From positions 1,601-65,600 of the forward strand of contig DBKT01000013.1 in the NCBI GenBank assembly GCA_002297365.1: 64,000 nt of DNA, written 5' to 3'. Every line of letters begins with the position of its first letter. Position 1 is the stretch's first letter. This stretch comes from Bacillales bacterium UBA743 (GTDB taxonomy: Bacteria; Bacillota_I; Bacilli_A; RFN20; CAG-826). Both the position numbers and the translations under genes were made by a program. Of the stretch, positions 10,346 to 19,751 are shown piece by piece. The notes beneath the pieces are model-generated. The model did not search any database, was not told the DNA's origin, and saw only the letters and a program-made list of their open reading frames with translations.

Positions 10346-11371
10346 TTATTTTTCCGATGTTGTTTCACCGGTTGAAACCTGAATGGTTCCTCCTTTTTGA
10401 AGAAAGCCTTTTACTTTGATTGTTTTCGGAACAAAGAGCTTTGGTTCCTCGATGCGTGAGACAAGCTCTTCCACGGCAAAGCGGCCGATTTTATCACTGT
10501 CTTGGCAATAAGTGGTTAGAGATGGTTCAATCATTCTAGAAAGAGAGATGCCGTCATACCCCGCTATAGAAACGCCTCTTACGTAGGTGGCGTTCTTCGA
10601 GCTAAGCAAAGCAAGCGCGCTGATATCATCCGGACAAAGAACGCAGGTTGGTTTCTCTCTAAGGGAGACAAGCTCTTTGAAAGCAAGACGCACAGAATCA
10701 GGGTCGTGGTAACGAGCTGGAAGAAGATATTTGTCGTTTATCTCCAGGCCTAATTCGCGAAGGGCTCTAAGATAACCGGCAATTCTTTTATGGGTAACGC
10801 CCGTATCCTCGCCATGAATGAAAGCGATTCTCCTATGGCCTTGTTGATAAGCGTATTTTACAAGCTCATAGCTCCCATCCTCGTTGTCCGACATAATAGA
10901 AGAGCATCCTTCAAACATATGATCGATGCTGACAACAGGAATGCCACTATAAGCGAGCTCAGAAACATCTGGATCAAAGAAATCCACGGATGTGATAACC
11001 ACGCCATCAATTCCTCTTGATTTCACATGTTGGAGATAAGAAGGCGTCAATCCAGAATAATTTCCGTTATTAATAAAGGTCAAATCATAGCCTTTTGCTT
11101 CTGCAGCAACTTTTAGCGAGTTAAGGATAGAAGAGAAATATTCATGCCTAAGACCACTACCTGTTTCGTCAACGAAAAGAACACCTATGGTGAAAGATCT
11201 ATGCATTTTAAGCGTTCTAGCGAAACTGGATGGAACATAGCCCATCTCTCGCGCCGCGTCTTTGACAAGCTTTTGAGTAGTTTGAGAAATCTCTTTGCTG
11301 CCATTTAAAGCTTTGGACACGGTCGCATTGCTAAGATTTAGTCTTTTTGCAATATCAGAAATCTTTGCCAT
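10346..11371 (-). CDS. LacI-family transcriptional regulator
   Basis: N-terminal HTH (IAKRLNLSNATVSKALNG) followed by a periplasmic-binding-fold sugar-binding domain. Confidence 0.85.
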   Translation of the reverse strand: MAKISDIAKRLNLSNATVSKALNGSKEISQTTQKLVKDAAREMGYVPSSFARTLKMHRSFTIGVLFVDETGSGLRHEYFSSILNSLKVAAEAKGYDLTFINNGNYSGLTPSYLQHVKSRGIDGVVITSVDFFDPDVSELAYSGIPVVSIDHMFEGCSSIMSDNEDGSYELVKYAYQQGHRRIAFIHGEDTGVTHKRIAGYLRALRELGLEINDKYLLPARYHDPDSVRLAFKELVSLREKPTCVLCPDDISALALLSSKNATYVRGVSIAGYDGISLSRMIEPSLTTYCQDSDKIGRFAVEELVSRIEEPKLFVPKTIKVKGFLQKGGTIQVSTGETTSEK

Positions 11372-11448
11372 TGCCTTTTTCCTAACTACGAAATCGTTTT
11401 CGTTATCTCAATGCTAATTTTCTAAAATTTGCTTGTCAAGCCAAAATT

Positions 11449-11462
11449 TGTAAGCGTTTACA
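11449..11462. promoter_or_regulatory. cre-like, LacI-family-type operator TGTAAGCGTTTACA, in the divergent promoter region between lacI and the GH94 gene
   Basis: It matches the catabolite-responsive-element consensus TGWAANCGNTNWCA at every position. It is a near-palindrome. Confidence 0.5.
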
Positions 11463-11674
11463 TTTCGATTTTTCCTATACTTTAGATAGGGTGTAATCTT
11501 TTCGTTGTTTTTTCGTAACAGAAAATTTTTTTCGGCTTGTAATCGATACTTTTTGCTTTAGAATGAAAATATAACGAAAACGTTTAAGCGTCGATATTGC
11601 CTATATTATCGTCCTTGTGAATACGTATGCGTTATTATTAATAACTTTTAATCAGTAAAAATGAGGAAAAATTT

Positions 11675-14098
11675 ATGAAATATGGATATTTTGACGACAA
11701 AAACAAAGAGTATGTCATTGAAACGCCACGAACTCCTTCCCCTTGGATAAACTACTTAGGCCAAGATCATTTCTTTTCTCTCATTTCCAATACTGCTGGA
11801 GGATACAGCTTTGATACAGATGCCAAATTAAGACGCATTACGCGTTATAGATACAATGACGTTCCAAGAGATTTCGATGGACGCCATTTTTACGTCAATG
11901 AAAAAGGCGTTATTTGGTCTCCAACATATCTTCCTAGTAAGACGCAGCTCGATTTCTATGAATGTAGACATGGGTTGGGGTATAGCGTCATTACGGGAAA
12001 GAAAAACGGCCTTGCAATTCGTTGCACCTTCTTTGTTCCGAATGATGCTCATTGTGAAATTCAATACATTCAGTTAAGAAACGAAACCAACGAGAAGAAA
12101 ACCTTCTCCTTCTTCGCTCAAGAGGAATGGTGTTTATGGAATGCGAGCGACGATGGAGAAAACTTTCAAAGAAACCTCTCCACCGGTGAAGTCGAATGCT
12201 ATAACGGCATCATCTACCATAAAACGGAGTTCAGAGAAAGAAGAAACCACTACGCCTTCTATTATGTGAATCATGAGACCAGCCATTTCGAATCTGATCG
12301 CGATTCTTTTTTGGGTATGCATAATGGGTACGATCATCCAGAAGAAGTCTTTAAAAATAAATTAGGGGACCATGTGGCATCAGGCTGGCATCCGATTGCC
12401 GCTCATCAAATCGATTTGGAGCTCCAAGCGAATGAAGAAAAGAGCTTAATTTTCATTCTCGGCTATTGCGAAATCAAGGAAGGAGAAAAGAAATTTATTG
12501 CCCCTGACGTCATCAATAAAAAACCGGCTGAAGATATCATCGAGCAATTCAATTCCGATGAAAAAGTAATACACGCCCTCGCTCTTTTGAAGAAAAAGAT
12601 GAATTCCTTCCTAGAGATTTACCATGCTGAAACCGGAAACGAGAAACTTGACCGCATGGCAAACATTTGGAATCCATACCAAAGCATCATCACTTATTGC
12701 ATGTCGAGAAGCGCATCTTATTACGAATCCGGGATCGGAAGAGGGATGGGTTTCCGGGATTCTTGCCAAGATTTGCTCGGCTTTGTTCATATGATTCCTT
12801 TAAAAGCAAGACAAAGAATCCTTGATATTGCAGCCATTCAAAAAGAAGATGGCTCCACTTACCATCAATACCAGCCGTTAACCAAAAAGGGAAATTCCGC
12901 TATCGGCGGAGGCTTTAACGACGATCCTTTGTGGTTGGTTGCCGCAACAAGCGCATATATAAAAGAAACGGGTGATTATTCCATCTTAAAAGAAGAAGTT
13001 TCTTTCGATAATAAAGCGGGAAGTGAGAAGCCGTTATTGGAACATCTTAGACGCTCCATCCATTTTACGATGAATAATTTGGGCCCACATAAGCTCCCGC
13101 TCATTGGAAGGGCGGATTGGAACGATTGCTTGAATTTAAACTGTTTTAGCACAACTCCAGGAGAATCTTTCCAAACCACAGAGAATAAAGGCTCAGGAAA
13201 AGTCGCAGAATCCGTCTTTATTGCAGGCATGTTTGTCTTATATTCGAATGAATACGCAAGGATTCTTTCTCATTTGGGTTTGAAAGAAGAAGAAAAAGAA
13301 ATCCTCGAAGCAAAAAAGAAAATGGAAGAGGCAACCATCAAATACGGCTTTGATGGTGAGTATTTCCTTCGTGCCTATGACGCTTCGGGAAAGAAAGTTG
13401 GTTCCCACGAAAACGAAGAAGGGAAAATTTTTATAGAACCGCAGGGTTTCTGCGTCATGGCTGGAATCGGCCACAACTTAGGATACGGCAAGAAGGCGTT
13501 GGCGAGCGCTAAGAAGTATCTAGGGTGTAAATATGGCTTAGAGCTTCTTTCCCCCGCATACCACACCTACCACGTGGAATTGGGGGAAATCTCCTCTTAC
13601 CCGCCAGGATATAAAGAAAACGGGGCAGTTTTTAACCATAACAACCCATGGGTGACGATCGCTCATTGCATAGAAAAAGAAGCGGAAGAAGCATATGCTC
13701 TTTATATCAAAAACTGCCCTGCTTTCATTGAAGAGGAAAGCGATATCCATTACACAGAACCCTATGTCTATTCTCAAATGATCGCAGGTCATGAAGCAAT
13801 CCATTATGGGCAGGCTAAGAATAGCTGGTTGACAGGTTCTGCTTCTTGGTCTTTGGTGGCCTTGCAAGAATACCTTCTTGGGATTCGTGCGGATTATGAC
13901 GGCTTGATTGTGGACCCGTGCTTACCCAATAAGAAATTTCCGTACCTACACATCCAAAGAAAGTTCCGTGGAAACACCTATGATATTGAAATCCATAACG
14001 TAAAAAACGCTTCTTTGTACGTGGATGGGGAAAAGATAGAAGGGAACCTTATCCCCTTTAAACCGCAAAAGGAGATAATACGTGTAATAATGAAATGA
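11675..14098 (+). CDS. Cellobiose phosphorylase (GH94), or a closely related member
   Basis: It is 807 aa, with the classic N-terminus MKYGYFDD…[18 protein letters not shown] and the [10 protein letters not shown] motif. Confidence 0.85.
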   Translation: MKYGYFDDKNKEYVIETPRTPSPWINYLGQDHFFSLISNTAGGYSFDTDAKLRRITRYRYNDVPRDFDGRHFYVNEKGVIWSPTYLPSKTQLDFYECRHGLGYSVITGKKNGLAIRCTFFVPNDAHCEIQYIQLRNETNEKKTFSFFAQEEWCLWNASDDGENFQRNLSTGEVECYNGIIYHKTEFRERRNHYAFYYVNHETSHFESDRDSFLGMHNGYDHPEEVFKNKLGDHVASGWHPIAAHQIDLELQANEEKSLIFILGYCEIKEGEKKFIAPDVINKKPAEDIIEQFNSDEKVIHALALLKKKMNSFLEIYHAETGNEKLDRMANIWNPYQSIITYCMSRSASYYESGIGRGMGFRDSCQDLLGFVHMIPLKARQRILDIAAIQKEDGSTYHQYQPLTKKGNSAIGGGFNDDPLWLVAATSAYIKETGDYSILKEEVSFDNKAGSEKPLLEHLRRSIHFTMNNLGPHKLPLIGRADWNDCLNLNCFSTTPGESFQTTENKGSGKVAESVFIAGMFVLYSNEYARILSHLGLKEEEKEILEAKKKMEEATIKYGFDGEYFLRAYDASGKKVGSHENEEGKIFIEPQGFCVMAGIGHNLGYGKKALASAKKYLGCKYGLELLSPAYHTYHVELGEISSYPPGYKENGAVFNHNNPWVTIAHCIEKEAEEAYALYIKNCPAFIEEESDIHYTEPYVYSQMIAGHEAIHYGQAKNSWLTGSASWSLVALQEYLLGIRADYDGLIVDPCLPNKKFPYLHIQRKFRGNTYDIEIHNVKNASLYVDGEKIEGNLIPFKPQKEIIRVIMK

Positions 14099-14360
14099 TA
14101 GTGCGTGACTTATTCGTAGAAATAGCGCTGAAAAACATTGCTTTGGCTGCAGATTTCTATGAATGCATGCTATTTATTATTTATTTTTCCATGAAAGAAA
14201 ACGATTAATCTCTATTGGCGTTAGCAACATGAAAAGAACGTCTTCTCAAAAGCCGATTTCGACGTTCAAAAATGCGCGATCTCCTTATTGCTCAAAGCTT
14301 TTAAGCGCAAGAAAACTCAAAAACTTATTCTACAAATTTAAGTGATGTTCCAAGCTTAGA

Positions 14361-14669
14361 TTATTCAACAAAGAAAGTGTGTTTCGTAACCCACTTCTTC
14401 ATTTTGATTGTAACCCAAAGGCCATAAATGCCAAACGTAATAACGGTAAGCAAAAGCCATTTAATCCAATTTCCAAATAATTGTAAGGCATTCCCGTCAA
14501 AACGAAGTCTTTTTCCTTCAATCACCGTATGTTTTACTTCCCAGTTAACCAACATACATTTTGCCCAAGGAAAGCAAATTCCTAAGGTGCAAACGGTGAT
14601 AATCGTTCCAAGAATGCACCAACCGATTTGTTGCAAAAGGCCACCATCAAAATAAGATTCTTTTTCCAT
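14361..14669 (-). CDS. Small membrane protein, YjgN/DUF898-like
   Basis: The C-terminal segment FGNWIKWLLLTVITFGIYGLWVTIKMKKWVTKHTF resembles the DUF898 repeat. The start is placed at MEKESYF, downstream of a GAGGGGG RBS. Confidence 0.45.
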   Translation of the reverse strand: MEKESYFDGGLLQQIGWCILGTIITVCTLGICFPWAKCMLVNWEVKHTVIEGKRLRFDGNALQLFGNWIKWLLLTVITFGIYGLWVTIKMKKWVTKHTFFVE

Positions 14670-15003
14670 AATTTCCCCCTCACTTTTTATTAACGGCATC
14701 TTCATTATATAAAAAGCGTTCCTATTCGCAATAACTAAAAAACAACAGCACCTATCGTTCCATAGGAATATACAAAAAATCTGGCACATTTTGTATCAAA
14801 CCTATGCTTTTATTATGCGTCCGGTTGCCTATTTTAAAACGATTTGCGTACATCTCTTGCAAAGTGCATACGGTTGAAAAGAAAAAACCTGGCTCCGTAA
14901 CTTTTAATGGGGATGGCAAAATCGCCATCCCCATCCATCCCCATAAATCCAACCCCATAAAAAGTTAGAAAGCCCAGAATTTTGGGGGACGTTTCATACA
15001 CAT

Positions 15004-15101
15004 TGATGGAGTCGAGGGGAATTGAACCCCTGTCCGAAGAATCTCCCGCAAGGACCTCTACAGTTTAGGTCCTATCATGATTTGACCAATTGGCACGATA
15101 A
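15004..15101 (-). repeat. A 98-bp degenerate copy of the tmRNA 3' end. It is the att-like direct repeat (remnant) of the ssrA integration.
   Basis: It is about 93% identical to 16444-16541. The CCA end has decayed (tgatgg here versus tggtgg in the intact gene). Confidence 0.85.
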
Positions 15102-15121
15102 AACGAAAGCGTTACCAAACA

Positions 15122-15340
15122 TTAACACAATTTTTCGTATTCCCAGCTTTTATAAAGGACAAGGGCAAAAGGCATGCTGTTCGGCGTTTCAATCAAGATC
15201 GAACCGTCTTCATATATTTCACACACCAGTCCAATGGTTTCTTTTGGGACATGTATCGACTCATTGCCATAAAACGTGTCCTTATCAATCAAGGTTTTGA
15301 TGCTGCTTCCCATCTTTATTCCCATTTTTTGTCTCCTCAT
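15122..15340 (-). CDS. Hypothetical 72-aa protein, second gene of the islet operon
   Basis: An ATGA start/stop overlap with the upstream 172-aa ORF. It ends exactly at the repeat boundary. Confidence 0.4.
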   Translation of the reverse strand: MRRQKMGIKMGSSIKTLIDKDTFYGNESIHVPKETIGLVCEIYEDGSILIETPNSMPFALVLYKSWEYEKLC

Positions 15341-15855
15341 GGTATTAAAGTTAGTAGTCTAACTCGTCCATCTTTCTGTATTTGCCAAGCCGTGGTAACA
15401 ACGCAATTGTTAAGGGTTGTTTTTGCTTCCGCATTAAATGTGTATTGATTTATGGATTTGAAAGAAAGGGTGCAAAAATCGGTATTAAATTTTATATCAT
15501 TGATCAATTTTTGCTCATTGCTTTCGGAATAACCTAATTTTTTTAGAAAAACACTTTTATCTCTCCCAATTTGTTTTGTCAAAAGATACGTAATTTTGGA
15601 AGGTTCAATTAGCGCATCTTCGCTTTTAAGAAATTTTCTAAAATATTTTACAAACATTTCGCAATATTCTGCTTCATGAATTCTATAGTCGGGAAAATGT
15701 ATCTTTAAATCAAGATCATCCATTCCAAACACATATATTAGAACGAGATTCCGCATGTCCCTTTCTTTCAAATCCAACAAAGAAGCTTTTCTGTATCGGC
15801 CGTCATTTGGATCGTAAGTTTGTAAATGGTCGCCTCCACCAATTTTTAAATTCAT
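15337..15855 (-). CDS. Hypothetical 172-aa protein of the islet
   Basis: A long ORF that is translationally coupled to the 72-aa ORF. No recognisable motif. Confidence 0.45.
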   Translation of the reverse strand: MNLKIGGGDHLQTYDPNDGRYRKASLLDLKERDMRNLVLIYVFGMDDLDLKIHFPDYRIHEAEYCEMFVKYFRKFLKSEDALIEPSKITYLLTKQIGRDKSVFLKKLGYSESNEQKLINDIKFNTDFCTLSFKSINQYTFNAEAKTTLNNCVVTTAWQIQKDGRVRLLTLIP

Positions 15856-15947
15856 GCTTTTCTCCTTTGTTATTGGACTATTTAATTGTCATTGAAATTA
15901 CTCTTTTCTTCAATTATATTTTATTCGTTAAACTTTTATTTAGTTTT

Positions 15948-16382
15948 ATGATTAAAAATTGGAATCTCCGTTTGAAAGAAAAAAGGTTACAAGCGAGTCT
16001 AACGCTAAGCCAAGTAAGCGAAATGAACAGCAAACATCTATCTCAGCAATCCCTTATCAAATACGAAAAAGGGCAAATCTGCCCACAAATTGATACTCTA
16101 GAAGAGCTATGCCAAATCTATAAAACAGACATTAATTATATTATGTATGGTTCGGAGAATCTAAATATCGCAATCAACAAAAGCGATATGTTAATTACCA
16201 TTTGGTATCTGATGGTCTCAAATCAAATTGAGCTCATTGGCGATACTTTGGCTATCAAAAACGAAAGCCTAAAAAAACAGATTTTTTGCTTAAATGTATT
16301 TGTTGAAGAAAAAGGTATTTCATCCATGAAAGACCTATACAGCTTAATAGCGGGGATCAAAAACATGAAGCAGGATGTGTAA
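15948..16382 (+). CDS. XRE-family (Cro/CI-type) HTH transcriptional regulator
   Basis: HTH segment LRLKEKRLQASLTLSQVSEMNSKHLSQQSLIKYEKG. The start is placed at MIKNWNL, because the longer ORF would overlap the convergent gene. Confidence 0.55.
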   Translation: MIKNWNLRLKEKRLQASLTLSQVSEMNSKHLSQQSLIKYEKGQICPQIDTLEELCQIYKTDINYIMYGSENLNIAINKSDMLITIWYLMVSNQIELIGDTLAIKNESLKKQIFCLNVFVEEKGISSMKDLYSLIAGIKNMKQDV

Positions 16383-16443
16383 TAAAGCATCGTGAATTTA
16401 CATCCCGATACGAAAAGCCCTGTTGAAGTAATTAAAATACACA

Positions 16444-16843
16444 TTGGTGGAGTCGAGGGGAATTGAACCCCTGTCCGAAGAATCTCCCACAAGGACCTCT
16501 ACAGTTTAGGTCCTATCATGATTTAACTAACTGGTACGATAAGGCCAAGTCCAATTAGCGAGGCTAAGAGGGTTTTCGTCGCCTTTCCCTAGCCAAGGAT
16601 TGGCGCTTATCACCTTATTTAGCGCCCTGACCGTTAGTAAGGTGCGAAACTAACGGAGGACGTGCTCCTCCTAGACGATGCTAGGAAACCCGTAGGTTAC
16701 TGATTAAGCGGCAGCATACGAAACGCGTTGAGCGCGGTTCGCATAGATATAACTGTTGTCAGTTATTGTTTTTCGATGTTAAAGCTCATCACGCTACTGC
16801 AGTCCAGGCAAGATCGGTTCCCCGTCAAAACCAGAACGACCCC
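16444..16843 (-). ncRNA. ssrA: tmRNA (ssrA)
   Basis: The minus-strand 5' end reads GGGGTCGTTCTGGTTTTGACGGGG. The 3' tRNA-like end reads …GGGGTTCAATTCCCCTCGACTCCACCA. An internal ORF resumes at GCG and ends …TATGCTGCCGCTTAA. The predicted tag, approximately ANRAQRVSYAAA, is a low-confidence call. Confidence 0.85.
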
Positions 16844-16995
16844 ATAAGCTCAAATCATTTTGAGCCTTTGTAGTATATGTCAAAAATCAGCAGAAATACA
16901 TTCCTTTCTTGTCTCTTAGAGACAATAGGAGCGGTTTCCTTTGTATAATCGTCTCATTTGTTGTAAAGTTTCAATGCTTAAACAAAGGATAAACT

Positions 16996-18096
16996 ATGGC
17001 AAAGGCAAAACCAATTAAACAAAAAAAGCAAAATAAATTTCTTCAACAATTGAAGTTTTTACTGAAATCCCTCTTTTCTAATGACGCTTGCGTTACAGGA
17101 AGAGAACACAAATGGTATGGACCGGTTATCGTGGCAATCGTTGCCGCTCTTATCGCAACCATTCCGACCATGGTTGGATATTTCACAACAAAGGCATCGG
17201 ATTTCTTCACGAGCGGATATACCTATGATTACGAAAATGCTCTTGTGGCTTTTCAAAAGGAAACGTCCGATGTGAGCATGAAAATCGAAAATGGGGCTTT
17301 GACATTAGATGAAGCGGCTTGGAAAAAGAAATGCGTAAATCCAAACGGAGAAGACGTTTCCTATTGGGGCTATTATTACAAAGTTCCGGTTTCCATTACG
17401 GAAGAGAAGCCAGCCGATGAAAATAATTCTTCCACTTCCTCCCAAGCGGCTGGCATGATCACCGCCAAAGATCAATGGCATTGTGGCTTAGCCGTTTATT
17501 ATTGCGGCGATGAAAATCCTTATAAGTTCGCCACAAATAAATTCTCTAATCTTCAAAACGATCCAAACGCTCAATTAGGGCAAACTCTGGAAAGTTATAG
17601 CACCAATACCATCGTTATAGGAAAAGATGCCATTTACCTTGCCAAAGGGGTCAAAGGTAGTCAAGTCACCAAAAACGTACAAGTAAAATATGATTATAAA
17701 GGCTTTGACGGAAAGGATTTGCACACCATCCTCGCCCCAGAAGAAAATCAAACAATCATCGACACTTGGTGCAATTTCTTAGAGAATGGCTATGTCTCAA
17801 CCCGTAACACCCTTGCTTGGGAATATAGCGGAATCATGCTTGCCATCTCAGTCGGTATCATCTTCTTAATGGGCCTTCTTGTCTTTATCATGACAAGAGG
17901 AAGAAACAATCCATTTAGAATCTATACCTTCTGGCAATGCCAAAAGATTGGCTATTACGCATCCTTGTGCCCTGCCCTGCTTGGCCTACTCGCTTTCGTT
18001 CCATCCTTCTCGGGAATGACGATGTTCCTCTTCCCAATGATGTACATCCTTAGAATTACTTGGATGTCGATGAGAAACCTTCGTCCGCAGGCTTAA
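16996..18096 (+). CDS. Hypothetical membrane protein (366 aa), with an N-terminal TM, a Cys/Trp-rich extracellular region and C-terminal TMs
   Basis: A long ORF with hydrophobic segments and no recognised domain. Confidence 0.5.
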   Translation: MAKAKPIKQKKQNKFLQQLKFLLKSLFSNDACVTGREHKWYGPVIVAIVAALIATIPTMVGYFTTKASDFFTSGYTYDYENALVAFQKETSDVSMKIENGALTLDEAAWKKKCVNPNGEDVSYWGYYYKVPVSITEEKPADENNSSTSSQAAGMITAKDQWHCGLAVYYCGDENPYKFATNKFSNLQNDPNAQLGQTLESYSTNTIVIGKDAIYLAKGVKGSQVTKNVQVKYDYKGFDGKDLHTILAPEENQTIIDTWCNFLENGYVSTRNTLAWEYSGIMLAISVGIIFLMGLLVFIMTRGRNNPFRIYTFWQCQKIGYYASLCPALLGLLAFVPSFSGMTMFLFPMMYILRITWMSMRNLRPQA

Positions 18097-18156
18097 TTGC
18101 CTAGATATGAAAAATCCTCGTTTCCGATTAAAACGAGGATTTTCTTTTACTTCTTG

Positions 18157-18495
18157 TTAATCTCCGTAATCACTGCCGCGGCTCTTATCTTCGACATATA
18201 TTTTCAAAGGATCGGAAATGTCAGAAATCTCACGGTAAATGAAACCGTCTTTTTCCATAAACGGAGAATCATAAGACCAAGTGAAGATTACCTTCTCATT
18301 CTTTTGAATAACATCAAAGATGCCATTTAAAAGATCTTGGTAACGTTCTTCTCTTTTTTCCTTAAAACCTTGCATGCCCGCATAAAAACCCGGTTCAACA
18401 TAGAATATATGGCCTTCTTTGGTTTTGTAGGCATTGCAATAAGGGTTTGCTGGATCAACGAAGGACTCAAATTGTTCAAATTCAGGATAAATCAT
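18157..18495 (-). CDS. Hypothetical protein (112 aa)
   Basis: ORF only. Confidence 0.4.
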   Translation of the reverse strand: MIYPEFEQFESFVDPANPYCNAYKTKEGHIFYVEPGFYAGMQGFKEKREERYQDLLNGIFDVIQKNEKVIFTWSYDSPFMEKDGFIYREISDISDPLKIYVEDKSRGSDYGD

Positions 18496-18516
18496 AATAA
18501 CTATATATTACTCCTA

Positions 18517-18996
18517 TTACTTATGATAAGGCTCATTCCTAAGAATCTTGAAGGAGCGGTATATTTGCTCAAGAAGAATGATTCTTGTCATTTGATGGGT
18601 GAAAGTTAAGGAAGATAACGTCAAAGTCGCATTAGCCCTATTTCTTATTTCCTGGGATAAGCCAAGAGAGCCGCCAATAACGAAAGTCAAATTGCTGCCG
18701 GACAGTTCCATCCATTTGGAGAGCTTCTTGGCTAATTCCGGGGAGGTCATTTCTTCTTTCCCTAAATCCAAAAGCACCAGGAAGTCGCTTGGCTTTAATT
18801 TCATGAGAACCTCTCTTCCTTCTTTGAGTTTTATTTCCTCTTCTTCTTTCAAAGACGCGCCCTCTCTCGAAGGAAGGTCATTACACTCGATGACCTCTAT
18901 TTTGCTATATGGGTTAAGTCTTTTTAAATATTCTTGCTCAGCAGCTCTCCAGTAGCTTTCCTTGAGCTTGCCAATGGCAATGATTCGTATTTTCAT
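18517..18996 (-). CDS. rlmH: 23S rRNA (pseudouridine1915-N3)-methyltransferase RlmH
   Basis: It is 159 aa with a SPOUT fold and the signature …LTFVIGGSLGLSQEI…. It is typical of YbeA-family proteins. Confidence 0.8.
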   Translation of the reverse strand: MKIRIIAIGKLKESYWRAAEQEYLKRLNPYSKIEVIECNDLPSREGASLKEEEEIKLKEGREVLMKLKPSDFLVLLDLGKEEMTSPELAKKLSKWMELSGSNLTFVIGGSLGLSQEIRNRANATLTLSSLTFTHQMTRIILLEQIYRSFKILRNEPYHK

Positions 18997-19751
18997 TTAT
19001 CTCCTCCTAACAAAGGCTCACTTGCGGGGGCTGCTCTTAAATTGTATTTGGAAACGGATAAGCCTCTTTCTTGAAATACTTTGTCCCAAGTTTCGAGGGC
19101 TTTTTGCGGGGTGTTGCATTCTAAGGAAAGATGGGCGAGAGTGATTTCTTTCGTTTTTTCTCCGACAAGATCAGCAAAATAACGAGCGGATTCCTCATTG
19201 GAGAGATGCCCATGCTTGGAATGGATTCTCTTTTTTAGAATCAGGGGTCGATTCGATTCTCGAAGCATCTCCAAATCATGATTGGATTCCACGATATAGA
19301 AATTCGCATTCTCCATATAAGGAAGACTTTCCTCGGGAATATAACCCGTATCTGTCATATAGACGAGCTTTTCTTTCCCTTGGATGAAAACAAAACCGAG
19401 CGGATGTTTTGCATCATGTGAAGTGCGAATGGGAATAACCGTAAAATCGCCGATATCGAAAGAAGACTCTTCTTCCACGATGTGGGTCGGCTCTTTTAAG
19501 GTTCCTTCTCCCGCATAGGTGTCTATCTTAAGACGTTTGTAACAAGATAAAGACAATCCCTTTATGTGATCGGAATGTTCATGGGTGATTAAAAGAGCTT
19601 GGATGTCTTCCAATCGATAAGGAGTCAAAGATATGGCTTTCTTAAGCGCATTTAAAGTAACTCCCATATCAACCTGAATGAGAGTTCTCTCGGAATAAAT
19701 GAAAGCGGCGTTCCCCTTGGAAGAGGAAGAAACCATTACGTAACGTATCAT
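18993..19751 (-). CDS. MBL-fold metallo-hydrolase (YycJ/WalJ-like)
   Basis: It carries the HEHSDH metal-binding motif and lies next to dnaB. Confidence 0.75.
   Translation of the reverse strand: MIRYVMVSSSSKGNAAFIYSERTLIQVDMGVTLNALKKAISLTPYRLEDIQALLITHEHSDHIKGLSLSCYKRLKIDTYAGEGTLKEPTHIVEEESSFDIGDFTVIPIRTSHDAKHPLGFVFIQGKEKLVYMTDTGYIPEESLPYMENANFYIVESNHDLEMLRESNRPLILKKRIHSKHGHLSNEESARYFADLVGEKTKEITLAHLSLECNTPQKALETWDKVFQERGLSVSKYNLRAAPASEPLLGGDK

Larger units (their letters stand above)
15102..16443. mobile_element. Degraded genomic islet, 1.3 kb, integrated at the 3' end of ssrA. It has no integrase.
   Basis: It is bounded by the two direct copies of the tmRNA 3' end. It contains an XRE regulator and a divergent two-gene operon of unknown function. 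Confidence 0.55.

Noticed and set aside
14911-14934. The inverted repeat GGGGATGGC-N6-GCCATCCCC
   Set aside because: It is a plausible hairpin, but it is not followed closely by a T tract on either strand and is not clearly associated with a gene end, so a terminator call is unsupported.
15807-15947. The upstream extension of the XRE regulator ORF (MDRKFVNG…)
   Set aside because: It would overlap the convergent 172-aa gene by about 50 bp. The HTH domain begins after the ATG at 15948.
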